Shown here: positions 38,598 through 51,190 of the stretch, in pieces | Layout of the letters: each line of letters opens with the position of its first letter | Position numbering within the stretch: position 1 is the stretch's first letter | NCBI GenBank assembly: GCA_028534125.1 | Contig: CM052817.1 | Span: 14,510,001 to 14,574,000 of the forward strand | Length of the DNA stretch: 64,000 nt | Source of the DNA: Lama glama | Lineage: Eukaryota | Direction of reading: 5' to 3' | Made by a program: the position numbers and the translations under genes | Notes under the pieces: generated by a model | Databases searched by the model: none | The model's input: the letters and a program-made list of their open reading frames with translations, nothing else | What the model was told of the DNA's origin: nothing

Positions 38598-38707
38598 CTA
38601 TCTTGTGGTGTGGGTGTACAGTAAGGTTTTCACTCCATGGCAATGCGCCAGGCAGAGATCTAGATGGCTCCGAGCCAGGATTTTTTGGTAAGGTGAGAGA
38701 AGGCATC
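38598..38707 (-). pseudogene. Relic exon (MPSLTLPKNPGSEPSRSLPGALPWSENLTVHPHHKIG); could extend to 38498
   Basis: cccacttcctttctcAG acceptor. A TAG|GTGCAG donor gives phase 1, matching the next exon. The frame stays open for 210 nt. Confidence 0.6.
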
Positions 38708-39059
38708 CTGAGAAAGGAAGTGGGATTCTTCAGAACCAGGCTCATTCTCACCCGGATCAGTTTGTGGGGAAGATAGAAGCAACACGTGAAACTTGAGGAT
38801 CTGGAAATTGATTCCCTTAAAAGTATCCATTTCCTCACATTCTCCATGGAAAAGGCCATGTATCCCAGGAATCTGCACACCCCTGGATTATTTCAGATTA
38901 TTGCAGACACAAGAAGTTTTTCCAAGAAAGTACATGGAATTTAAGCCACATGGAGGGAGATTTTGATGATAAAGTTTTATTGTATTAAATACATCTCCTC
39001 AAATTATGGAACACTTCCCAAAATGTCTTCAAAATAAAGTTCATCCTTTGAGTTAATTC

Positions 39060-39275
39060 ATATAAAGTAGCGTCAAGTGGTCCATCCCATTTGGCAAATA
39101 TTGCATTGTATGTTCCCCTAGGAAGGATTACAATTCATATTTAGCATTTTCGAGGCCCTGAAAACTCCTACAGGAAAGAATACAGTTTACCTGTATTTAA
39201 TTCAGACTTTTATAAATATATTTGCCTATGTACTTCTTTTCGGCTAACATCTTTCTGAACACACTTTCAGAACTG
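39060..39275. mobile_element. hAT/Charlie-type MER DNA transposon fragment
   Basis: gaggccctgaaaactcctacagg...acactttcagaactgctg terminal-like motif. Confidence 0.4.
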
Positions 39276-39744
39276 CTGAGTTGATTTTATTTAATGTAGA
39301 ATTTATACTTCCCCCAGTGAAATCCATGGACAGTGGCCCTTGATAGATGCTTATAAATATTTGTTAACTGATTTACTGATTCATATGCAAAGGAAATTAG
39401 GTTGACAAGAGAGGAAAACCAAGTAGAAACTGATTAGCAGAGATAGTATCGTAAAGGAAACCTTTAAACAAAACCTCTGCAACTCATCAAATAGAAGCAA
39501 GCATAATACTGCAAACAAAAACCAAAACTTCCACCCAGGAGTCATCTAAAGCTCAACCACTGCTTTCCCCCCGGGGAGCCCTGGCTCTGAGGGAGGAAGA
39601 CACCGTCTAAAAGCTCTCAATGTGCAGTCACTGCTGCAGGATCACAGAGGGTTAAGCCTCCTGACAGCAGTGACAGACACATAAGCCCTGTCACCACAAA
39701 CATTCATTGGAAGATCTTTCACATGGGAGGAAAAAAAAAGTTAC

Positions 39745-39805
39745 TGCTTTTTATCCTTATATAACGTGAAATCTAAGGGTACTGGCGACCCTTCTTTGGC
39801 GGTCT
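39745..39805 (-). pseudogene. Relic exon (TAKEGSPVPLDFTLYKDKKQ)
   Basis: ctgttgcAG acceptor, GCA|GTAACT donor, phase 1-2, open, retains several CpGs. Confidence 0.6.
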
Positions 39806-41170
39806 CTGCAACAGGCAGATAGCGAAGGTAACATGCTTCAAAAATAACCACATCAGATATGTCCACCAAAAAGACAGCTAGACTGAGAGCCAAAAGGCCT
39901 GGATTTCATCTCTGTCTTTTCCACTCACCAGCTGGGTAAATTTAAGTAGTCTCTCTATTTCACTGAGCTCCCCCATTTCTCCATCTGTCAAAACCTTATC
40001 AACTTAAACAAGTCCATGGATTATATGATCCCTCTTTGTAACACTGGAAGGAAAAACCATCTTTTAAGAAGAGCACTTCAACATGCCCTTGCCTTAGATG
40101 CAAGAATACAATGTTCCAGTAAATATTTGTTTTCATTACTTTAGTTGCCTAACTAGTTCTAAGCTGTTCTAAACTGCTTTTAGAGCACGACTTTTAAGCA
40201 AAAGATAAAAATGCTTCTGGGAAAAAAAAATTGGCCCCCATCAGTATAAAAGATGATTAGGACCCCAAGAGTGGGTTATCTTGCTTTAGAGAAGCAAGGT
40301 CAACTTTTATAGTGTCTGACAGTCTATTATATCTTTAAAGAAAAAGTGAAACATATTCCAGTGTTCACTATCCCAAGTTGTTGCAGCCAGGGAGAAAGAC
40401 TTTAGGGATTAAGAAAATTACTTTTTTTTTAACTTTAAATATCAGTTTGCACATATTTTTATTGCTCTTATCAAAAATCTTATGCAACTGGGAGGAAGGA
40501 TTTTAGTAACAGCAATAATGAAAAAGTATATAATCAAAATTAACAGAGAAGAGTATTCTTTTAGTTCTCAGTGGATAAAGAATAAGTTTAATTAACACAG
40601 TAAGTGTGCTTCTCCCCCACCTCTCTCTAGCAGGGGCGACAAGAGAAAGAAGACAGAATTAGGTCAGTCCCTCTTGGTGACAGGCCCACAACAAGCAACA
40701 AACTGAAATAAGTCCATTTTACAAAGGGAATAACTGATTTTCCTGTGGTCGTTTTCACAATTATTTGATGCCTTTCTCTTGCTAAATTACTTATTTCCTT
40801 CCCAATGCTGACAGCTCTTTTTGTGTGATGTGTGTGAATTATAAATGAGGGACAAATAGCAATTGAGGGTTTCATTTTTCAGTATCTATTTGCATCAATT
40901 CAAATGCTTTCACGTAACATATCCCAAGGAAAATGTTCTCTGTCTATTGTGTTTTTATTTATCACACTATCTCAGATCATCTCAAAGCAATATCCCAAGT
41001 TTCAGTTAATGCTGTTTTTCATGTCACTTTAAAACTGCACAGTCTGATATTCAATAACCAACACAGAATAAATTATCGATTACAAGACCCATGGTGTCCA
41101 GGACTTACTCTAATTTTTGTTCACCTAAATTCTCTAATTGCACAAGGCATGGAGGAGAAAGAAGTCATAC

Positions 41171-41301
41171 TTAATTACATAAGGGACTCTCAGCTGCAAA
41201 CAAGATGCTCCGTAAGGGTTCCGAAGTCCTCCTTCAAAGGAACACACCAGAAGGGGCTTGCTACTGTGTTGTCCTTAGAGTTGTCTCCAGTACAAATAGA
41301 T
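41171..41301 (-). pseudogene. Relic exon (SICTGDNSKDNTVASPFWCVPLKEDFGTLTEHLVCS*ESLM*L)
   Basis: ttctgttctttataaAG acceptor, TAA|GTATGA donor, phase 2-1. Confidence 0.55.
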
Positions 41302-43249
41302 CTTTATAAAGAACAGAATGCAAAGGACAAAAGACACTGTCACCTGGCCAAACATATGTGCCTAACAAGCGTTAATGCCATTTATACCAATGGAATAATG
41401 GAGGACCAGGAATACAATGCCATTAACATTGATGTGTTATGTTAAACTATGATAACTGTTGTTAGAGGTCAGAAGTGGTGAAATTTCAGTAACGTCAACT
41501 ACTTCAACCTGATAACTAAGAAGAGCACACTGTATAAAAGCAAGGATTTGTGAATGCCTGTTTAGCATTACTTCTGGGAGAACATGTACTGATTATATGT
41601 AACTATACTTTTAGAAATATGATTTTTTTTCAATTTTTAGGAATTAATATAGTTCCCACATACCATAGTTTAAAATTTAGGCTCTGGGGTCAGGTGATCT
41701 GGAATCTATCCTAATGTCATTTCCACCACTTACTTAGTGTATAATCTCAGGTAAGTGACTAGACTTCTCTACCTCAATTTCTTTTCACTTTAAAAAAAAA
41801 GCAGATAATAAAATTGTCTCCTTCTTGAGGTTGTTGTAAGAATCATGTAAGATGATACATTATATCCAGTACATACATATACCTGTAGCTTAGTGAGCTC
41901 CTTGAATCAATGGAGCCACCATCTTCGGTCCCCTCCATCTTTGGTCGCCCACTTCCTGGTTGTTCTTTCCCACCCAAGCTGGACCTAACAGTTGATTGTG
42001 TGAACCACTGTCTCATGAGCACACTCAGTACCATTATTATATTATTATCCACTCAATAAATCCCTAATTTGGGCCATTGTTAAAATCCATCCATGTTCTT
42101 GGCTTCTAAGACCCTGTAGATGAACACTGAAGAAAATCACATAGTCATACATATAGACACTATCAAAAATTATTGTCTAAAATATCATCTGAGACTCCAA
42201 ATATGCCCAGTGGAATTTCTTTGTATCCTCAGCCAATTCCTATCTTCAGCATCTATATCAAGTTATCTCTTCACTCTTTATGGTTCTGTTCACGTACTGC
42301 CTTCTCCAAGGAGCTTTCTCTGACTGCTCCATGAGGTGCTTTGAAAGTATGCTGGCATCATAGCTGGTGCATATCTACTCATGTGGCCTAAGTCATAGAC
42401 AATACGACACATATAAGACTTGTTGTATGGATGAGTAAGTAAGTATTCTGAGTCTGCTCTGCTTCCGCACCTCTACATTTCCTGGACAACAAAAGTCCAT
42501 ATCTTATCTTCGTATCCCTACCCCTGCCTCCTTAGTGCATACCGGATGCTGAATCATTTTTCTTGGAGCGAATTTATCAATAAGTAATGAATTTAAATAT
42601 TCAGTTCATTCAGCAATTATTTATTAAGGGCTTATTATGCATCTCTACTATGTTGGGTACTAGAAACACAAAGATTAAAAGACCCAGGTCTCCTCCTTAC
42701 GGAGTTTGCTAAGTGGGCAGGAGAGATGCAAACACGTATTTGCTACATAAGATAATCATCACTCTGGGGAAAGTATGTATAAAGTACTATAGAAGCACAG
42801 AGGACAAAGCATCTCGACTGTTGGAATCAGCTAGGGATGCTTTCAGAAGATGCAGTATTTGGGCTGATGCTTCAAGTACTGCCCTTTTTTTGTGAATACC
42901 TGTTCAGGAAACAAATTTCATGGTCCTCATTTAATCTTCTGAATTAATCTACCCTACCAGCAGGCTTCTTTGTTTGCATGCCAAAAAGGTCACAGAACAG
43001 GCTTATACTGATTTGAGTCCTTTGCTCACAGGAGGGCAAAGGACCCTGACTGACAACCCTATGAAAACTGCATGCACTACATAAGAATAGTTCCCACAGT
43101 AAGGTGACGATCTGTCATCAGAAGAGGGAAGAATGGAGGCTGGGAATGCAAAGTAACCAAACAATGAAAAATTCTCCAATGGACATGACTGGCTTGGTTC
43201 TCAAGCCAGCAGTGTTCCCTAATATAAATTTTTTAAACACCCGGTTGTA

Positions 43250-44400
43250 TTCATTTAGAATCTTTTAGTTGTAAGTAAGAGAAACCTGACGCACAGTGAC
43301 TTCAACAAATAGAGGTGTGTTTTTCTCACTAAATAAGAATTCTGGAGGTTCCAGTCCAAGACTGATGCAAGAACCACTAGCATCTTAGAGCAGCTGATCT
43401 TCAAGTGTGGCCCAAGGGCTGCTGGTGCCGGTCCATGAATCATTTATTACTGGTATGTAATAATGTTATGTATAGACTTACATCCTCACAATATTCTTGT
43501 ATCAAAGCCCTAACTCACAATGTGACTATATTTGGAGACAGAGCCTTTGAAAAAGTAATTAGGGTTAAATGAGGTCAATAATGTGACCAATGTGACTATT
43601 TTCTTTATTGGAAGAGGAAGAGACACCAGGGATACACACACATACAGAAAAAGTCACATGAGGACACAGAGAGAAGATGGCCATCTGCAAGCCAAGCAGA
43701 GAGGCCTCAGGAGAAACTCAGTCGGCCAACACCTTGATCTTGGACTTTCAGCCTCCAGAACTGTGAGGAAATACGTTTCTGTTGTTAAAGCCACCCAGTC
43801 CGTGGGATTTTGCTATGGCAGCCCCAGCAAATGAATATAGATAAGATATGCATAGAAAATCAGAGCAAGCACTTAGAAACTTGGATAACAATTTGACAGA
43901 ATTATTGCATGCCTGCTGAATCTAATAAGAAAATATTTATACTTGTATTTTGCACGTTTTTTTCATTTCCTTTTTCTATTTATGCATTTTACTGTATTTT
44001 GATCAGTCCACAGTAGATTGGAAATTTTTTTTTAAGATTTTGATCACAGATAGTTTGAAAGACACCACCTTCAAGAACCCAAGCTCTTTATATATTTATT
44101 TTGGCTTTTGTTATTAGATGAGCAACCTCGTAGTCACAAGATACCTGCACCACCTCTAAACATCATAGCCTCATTTCAAGCAGAAATAAAGAAGAAAGAT
44201 GAGGGATGAAAGGCAACAGGGGTACCTACTGAATCTGTCCCTTTGAATCAGAAAAGCAAAGACTTCCTGGAAAATATATATTTCTGCTTACATCTGCTAG
44301 CTAGAACTGTGACCACGGCCACCCTTACTGAAAGGCAGCTAGGGAGTAGAGAGCAACAGACTGCAGCTGAGTCAGCTAACAAACAGTGAATGCCAAACTG
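43250..44400. mobile_element. Three-level nest: old MLT1 LTR > hAT-type MER > MLT1B/C LTR (~43464-43840)
   Basis: Each outer element resumes after the inner one. Confidence 0.65.
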
Positions 44401-44609
44401 GTTTTACAGCTTAGTTAGTATAAATCAGTCTCCTAGGTCCAGTCCATTATAGAAGTATGATGGATGGGTGGGAGGGAGTGGGGAGGAAGGAAGGAAGATG
44501 GATCACTCTGACCTAAGGAAATTCCACCAAGATAAGACTCAACTGAGAGGCCATGCAGGCAGCAACCTGTCAGCCTTTCCTTTCAATTCACTAAAGCACC
44601 ACTGATTCA

Positions 44610-44750
44610 GTCTGATATGTATTCAGATATATCTCATATATATATACACATTCAATCTGATATATATTATATCTAATATATATCTGATAAATATATCAAT
44701 CTGATATACACATATATCTATATATGCACATACATACACATATGTATATA
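44610..44750. repeat. Degenerate (TA)n-rich low-complexity repeat
   Basis: Read directly from the sequence. Confidence 0.8.
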
Positions 44751-44791
44751 GCAAGGCACTCATGGGACTGGTTTCACATAAACTGCCTCAC

Positions 44792-44998
44792 TTAGTATAA
44801 ACGACAGTTCTTAGCTGCACAAGAAAAAATTCCAAGAAAATAAATTTAGGTCATTCATTGAAAGAATCAACTTCCAAGAACCATTCTGTCGAAGAGTCTT
44901 CATATTAATTGAGATTTCTTCCATAACTAGGGATTGGTTTAGCATTTTCTATCTTTAAGGCTTTTGGTCTGGCATCATATTTCTTATTGTTATTGGCT
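44792..44998 (-). pseudogene. Relic exon (ANNNKKYDARPK...YEDSSTEWFLEVDSFNE*PKFIFLEFFLVQLRTVVYTK)
   Basis: aatAG acceptor, TAA|GTGAGG donor, 207 nt, phase 2-2, two in-frame stops. Confidence 0.6.
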
Positions 44999-45667
44999 CT
45001 ATTTGACAGATAAGAGAACACACACAGAATACTCAAGAAGTGAACCAACACTAAGCATCCACAGACCTAGTACTGAGTATACAGGTCTCCTGAATTGTAT
45101 GCCTCGCTGCCTCCTGACTTCCCATAACTGGACCAATTTCCAGAATCCAAAATGGGGCCCACTGATGTCCCAGACTTGTTTCCTGCTCACCACCAAGTTA
45201 CCTCCTTGCAGGATATTCAAATGCTAAAGTATTTTCCAGGCAGGGTTTTTTTCCCCCTACTCAAGTTAAGCATTAAGCATTACTGTCTATGTTTTCATTC
45301 TTTCATTCATTCGATAAATGGAGACACAGCAAGAAACAGACAGACATGGAATTTACTAGGAAACCAACATTTAGCTTAATGATAAACAAAATACAGTTGC
45401 AAAATGATTACAAAAAGGAAGCTCAGAGTGCTTTTTGTCCTGGCTGAACTCTTTCTTAATTCTCTATGCTATCTCATCAGTTATCATATTACCTTCCTCT
45501 TCTATCAAACACTATAATAAAAAAACACCTCTGAGGACGGGAGTAGGACCATTCATAACGACAAATCAGAGGAAAGGTGAGACTGCATTTATTTCAGAAT
45601 CTCTGTACCAGCTCTTCTGAGCCCTACATGACGTTACCTTGTAGCCTTCACCTCAGTAAAAGCATAC

Positions 45668-45735
45668 CTTAAAGTGTCCAACATCAAAGGCGTAGACTTT
45701 CTTGCTTTTGACTCATTAGTGAATGGACTCAATGA
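45668..45735 (-). pseudogene. Relic exon (SLSPFTNESKARKSTPLMLDTLR); alternative in-phase donor at 45638
   Basis: aaacAG acceptor, AAG|GTATGC (or AAG|GTAACG) donor, phase 0-2, open. Confidence 0.6.
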
Positions 45736-46774
45736 CTGTTTAGGTGACATAACACTCTCACACATACACACTTTGTTTCATGTCTCTTTCAAATGCTGCC
45801 CTTACATCAAATATCCAATCCATTATGCTAGTAATTGCTGTGATTACTGAACATAATTGAGATGAGCTCATTCAGTTTGCCCCTTCACATATCTGTATAT
45901 GGAAAGAAAACAAACCAGGACAGTGCCTGCTATGTTGGAAAATAATCAACGGCCCCAATCAGAGGAAATAAGGCATGTATCAGACACTCCTACGTAACAG
46001 AAAGAGCTCTGAACAGCATGTATGAATCCCGCCTGAACAACTTTCTCAGCTGTGGATCAATGGTTAAACTACGTAATTTATCTGAGTCTCAACTTTCTCA
46101 CATATTTACCATTAGGTGAACTTTATAATCTCTAAGATCCCTTAAACTCTATGGTTTATAAAAGCAACTAGAAAGTTGAAGCCCATTGACTCAATTCAGA
46201 CGTATTTTTGTATGCTTCTGTTTTTTGGCCCCAAATACTATAAACTGGTTGCAAACATTTAAACATTGGGAGACATCTCAACAATATGGCTTTCTGGTTT
46301 CTCACAGAGAACAGTCAGAATATCTACAACATTAAGCTCATATGTCTGACACTCGATGCCTTCAGATTGGACCTGCACCGTCCAGGGCATCGCAGTTCCC
46401 ATTGCTCCATATCACCTCATGGCCCACATCATCTGTCTTTCCGCTCCCGTCATGTGGTTTCACAATCCCAGCTGTCAGGCCTTTATATTTTCAGTTCCTT
46501 CTGCAATGGAAGAACCACACCTCCAGATTTCCTACTTTATTTCCATCTTAATAGTTATCAGTATCTGAAATTACACATTTTGTTTGTTGTTCATATTTTT
46601 TGTTGTTTGTACCCCAACTAGAACAAAAACTTTTAGAAGGATGGGATTTTGTCTTGTTCACCAGGGTATCTGCAGCACTTAAAATGACATCTGGGGTATG
46701 GGTAGGTATCAAAAAGCTGTCTATCCATTGATTTGTTGTCGACTATAAATCCCTGTGCTTTCAGAATTCATAAC

Positions 46775-46903
46775 CTTCTGTCTGCCAAGTAAAGGGCTTC
46801 CAGGAACCACTTTATTAAGGGAGAGCTCAAAATACAATCCATCAGTATGAATATATTTAAAAATAAATGGTATTGCTTTTCTCTCAGTTATTGAACACAT
46901 GAT
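46775..46903 (-). pseudogene. Relic exon (IMCSITERKAIPFIFKYIHTDGLYFELSLNKVVPGSPLLGRQK)
   Basis: Long T-rich tract plus aAG acceptor, AAG|GTTATG donor, 129 nt, phase 0-0, fully open. Confidence 0.7.
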
Positions 46904-47710
46904 CTTTGGAGAATAATTAAAAATAAAGAAATAAAAATCACTCATAATCTCATTTAACTGAGACATCTATTTCAAAATGTTGATGACTTTCCATTCTGGT
47001 ACCTTTTTTCAGAAATTTTGTGTTTATACTTGTTTTACACAGCCTCTTGAAGAGAACCAGTCCCTTCCTCCCCTGTAGCAACTCATAAAATAAGAAATTT
47101 CCCCAAATCTCCATCTTCTCAGAGCAGCGCTGAGGGGGAAGCAGCTCCTGCCATTTCTGTGCACACACCTGACCTCCCATGGGATGGGAAGGAGTCACGT
47201 GACTGCTGAGATAATGAGAGTCTGACAGTCATTCTTTCACGTTTCTCCATGAGACAGGATTCCTGTACTTAAAGGCTGTTGTTGAGAAGTGAGCCTCACG
47301 CTTGGCTCTCAGTCATAGGCAGCATGGTCTAGCACTGAGGTCTAAGTGAGGAGCTGCTCTACCTCCTCATCACCCTCTGCTGAGCCTCACAGTCAAGAGT
47401 TGTAGGACGTTATAGGAGGCCCCCACTTGCATCGCCTTCTTCAATGTCAGTTTATCAGCAACAACAACAAAAAATACTGTAGATTACATCTCACCTGCCT
47501 CTGGGTCTATTTCTCTGTTGGTTCAGAAGGTAAAAGAAAGGGTGGTGAGGGAGTGTATGCACTGCAAATCCTATCAATATTAAGTGCTCAGTCCTGTAAC
47601 CTGATTTTTCTGTTGAAACTTGCTAAGTTATGTTTTAGACGCCACTACCACATTTGAGATATTTCACATCATGGCAGGTTGGGCCCTCCACCAATGAATG
47701 CTGCTCCTAC

Positions 47711-47768
47711 CTTTAGCAGCAGGTGTTGGACTCCTGCTTTCTGAGATATGCTAAGCATCCTGCTAGCT
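47711..47768 (-). pseudogene. Relic exon (ASRMLSISQKAGVQHLLLK)
   Basis: ctacAG acceptor, AAG|GTAGGA donor, open, ends in phase 0. Confidence 0.65.
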
Positions 47769-48999
47769 CTGTAGCCACAGTGACACAGGGTAGAAGAGGA
47801 TATGTTATTCTTCCTTTCTCCCTCATCCCACACACACCGCCAAACCAATTTTATCCATCTGAAGGCTAACAGTGTCTCATGAATTATGCTTGAACACAAC
47901 TCCAGTGGTTACGTATTTTTAGTACTTTTATACCTTTTTTTTGTAATTAATCTCCCTGCAATTATCATCTTACTACTGTTACATTTAGTTTTAATTCTGT
48001 TTAAGGATTTGTTCGCAATTTAGACCTGGAGCACAAACATTACTGATTTATTGATATTATTGATTCAGCTCTTCCTCCCACACCAAGTGGCTTAAATTAA
48101 AATAATCTAAGGATGAGAAACATGACTTAATCTTGCATGGTCTCAGAGTACCTCATAAAAGCCAGTACATGGCATCTTCGTAGTCATAATGGGAGACAAA
48201 TGGTTAGAACAAAAATCAGAAACAAAATACGTCCTCGCTAATCTAGGTTACATTTTCCTGATTTGCTTCCCTAGCACCCTGTATTTTCCCAATATAATCC
48301 TTCATTGCACTTTATTTTACCTCCTGTTGATTAACTTTCTTCCTTATTGGACCATAATTTTTGTGAAGGCAGGGAATTCGCCTGTTTTGCTTAAGCCTCA
48401 ATTCCAAGTGCTACAGTGCCTGTGGTTTAAAAAAAAAAGGCTTTATAATAATATCTCATGAATGAATGCATGCATGCTGGGTAGAAACATGGTATTTACC
48501 ACAGAAAACACAGGAACCAAGCTTCAGAAACTAGGCAGACCAAGACTGGAAAGACTGGCGCGGTACCTTCTCCAAGCTCCATTCTCCCAAAAGCACCTTC
48601 ACCCAATTACCAGCACCCTTGAGCGGGGACAAAAAAAGAACACTCTAAACTAGAACAGATGGTGCCTGCAGTTCAGGATAGAAAGGAAAGTCAACACCAC
48701 TTAATATTTTTTTTTAAAAGAGCAAGTGTTAAATAAATAAACACATCCTATAGTATTTTTTGGCAAGACTAAGAAAATCCGATAAATAAATAATCTAACT
48801 AAAGAAAAGGCAAATGTAGAAACTAGGGAAGAGAAATGAGCCAAACCATGGACACAGGGATTTTTTTTTTAATTGCTAAGCATGTAAATAATGCCCCATG
48901 CTAATGAAATTAATTACATAATGAAATGAATGAGTGTGTGTGTGTCAGAGGGAGCAGGGGTGATTAAAGGTGGTAAAGACTCATGAAGCCAGAAAGTAA

Positions 49000-50480
49000 T
49001 AGATTAATGACCATGGAATATATTCAGAAAGGTTGTTGGAGATTTTCTTCCAGAAGTATATGTAACTTCATAAGATGAGTTCTTCCAAACAGTCAAGAAA
49101 CAATAATATCAATGCTGTATAAATTACTTCAGAGCATGAATGCAGTTGGAAAGAGTCCATACTGATTTCTGTAAAGATAGTACATTGCTGATATCAAAAC
49201 CTGGCAAATAAAGATCAATATCATTTTGAATACTTATGACAAAATTATAAATGAAGTACTAACAAATGAAGATCTGTAATAATATGCACTCAAGAAGAGT
49301 TCATCTAAGGGATTTGAATCAAATTAGAGGAAAATCATATCACCAGATGCCAAAAAGTTATTTTTAAAAATTCAGCATAGAGCTATGATTAAAAAAAAAC
49401 ACCTGTTTGTCAATAATTTTCAAAAGCTAGCTTTTTAATATAGTGAAAAGCACCTATCCCAAATGCTGAATCACTAAAGAAATTGCCATTAGATTGCAAA
49501 TAACATAAATATTATATCATCTGACCAAATTGTGAGCATTCATTATATATAATGTTATTTAACATAAGTCCAGGAGTTTTAATACTGCATAAAGATGTAA
49601 AATTTTTAAACAAGCTCTATAGCTGAAAGGGAGGAAACAAAATTATTATTCTTTTTAGATAAAGTGAGTTGTCTACTTCAAAAACCTGAGATAATCAACT
49701 TAAGTATCATAGAAATATGCCACTGGAAATAAGTGACATGAGCAAATCAAAATGAATATAAAAAAATTCAATGGCTCTACTTCCATCAAAATAGCTAAAA
49801 TTAAATACTGACCATGCCAAGTATTGACAAGAATCTAGAGCAACTCATATTCTTATGAATTGCTGATGGAAATGGCACAAATGCTTTGGAAACAATGTGG
49901 CAGATCCCTAGAAGTGAGACTTACATTACCAAACAATTCATACATTGCATTCCTAGGTATTTAGCCAGAAAGTCATGAAAATGTATCTCCATACAAAGAT
50001 TTGCACATGAATGTTCACAGCAGCATTACTCATAATAGATAAAAATTCAAAATAATGAAAAGTCCCTTGACAAGTGAATGAAAAATACAGTTTAATATAC
50101 CTATACAATGGAATATTATTCACTCCATAAAAAGGAATGAACTGTCGATGCACACAACAACATGGATGAATTTCAAAATCATTATGCTGAGGGAAAGGAG
50201 ACGAGAGTAGATCCTGAATGATTCCATTTATATAAAAATCTAGAAGTACAAATAAATACATAGCGGGAAAAGATTGGTGGTTGTCCGAGGCTGGGGTTAG
50301 GAATGGGATGGGTTGCAAAGTGGCAGGGGAAATCTGGGGATGGGTCGGGGAATGGATGAAGGAAATGTTTGGCATCTTGATTTTGGTAGTTTCAGAAGCA
50401 TGTACACCAGGGAAAACTCACCAAAGTGTAAACTTTAAGTAGAAATGGGTTATTGTACACAAATTATACATCAACAAAGT
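49000..50480 (+). mobile_element. Old L1 (ORF2 relic + 3' UTR)
   Basis: gaatgttcacagcagcattactcataatag...atggatgaatttcaaaatcattatgctga. Confidence 0.8.
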
Positions 50481-50779
50481 TACAGTTTAAAAAATACAAC
50501 AGAACCTTCTGGACAAGGAAATACAAAGATTAAGAGACACTTATTATAGTACATGCCCAAACTAAATTGTCTAAAGTCCTTAAAGTCCCTTCTTCTACAT
50601 GTTCTATTGGTTCTTGTTTGCTTATAGAGTGTATGTTTCATTACAATAATTAACAAAATGTAAATATGTGAAGATACAGATATTTATGCAACAGTATTAT
50701 TAATGATCCTATTAATTCATACTCCATTTTTCCTTTACTGAATGGGGGAGAGAGAGAGAGTGGGAGGAAATATTCAGAT

Positions 50780-51190
50780 TAACTTTACTGAGATGACCAT
50801 GCCTAACTAAACATTCCATTTCCTTGACTTTCTTTCAACTAGGGATAACCACACACGATACAACTGGTTGGGAGATGAGGGTAGGCATCTTATAGCTGGG
50901 GCTTCTAGGAATACAACTGTTTTGCTGATAAAGGGGGACATGCTCAGTTGACACACAATTTGCCATTCTCCCCTTCCCTTTCTTCCTGACTAGAGAGCAT
51001 GAATGAGTGGTGTGGAGAGGCAGCAGCCATCTTGTAACTGAGAGGGGGAAAAAAAAATCAAATGCTAAAGATGGTAGAGCAAAAAAAATATCTGAACCAG
51101 TTCTGGAAGACCAATCCCATATCCCTCGCTACATGAGCAAAATCAATCCCTTGTAAGTTTCATGCAGCTATACAAAATTCTACTAACTCC
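50780..51190 (+). mobile_element. Old MLT1 LTR
   Basis: ggggcttctagga...ggcagcagccatcttgtaac...aagatggtagagca. Confidence 0.6.

Noticed and set aside
38482..38880. 132-aa minus-strand ORF as a standalone gene
   Set aside because: Only the part from 38707 lies behind a splice acceptor, so I treat it as an exon of the pseudogene.
40933..41445. 170-aa plus-strand ORF, the longest non-gap ORF
   Set aside because: No recognisable domain or convincing splice context. It overlaps antisense to a minus-strand relic exon and is probably chance.
48611..48665. Possible 55-nt minus-strand exon (TICSSLECSFFVPAQGC), plus similar candidates at 47496-47515, 50550-50640 and 52372-52481
   Set aside because: Weak or mutated splice sites or junction stops; cannot be supported without an orthologue.
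49953..50375. 140-aa minus-strand ORF
   Set aside because: Antisense to an L1 3' UTR.
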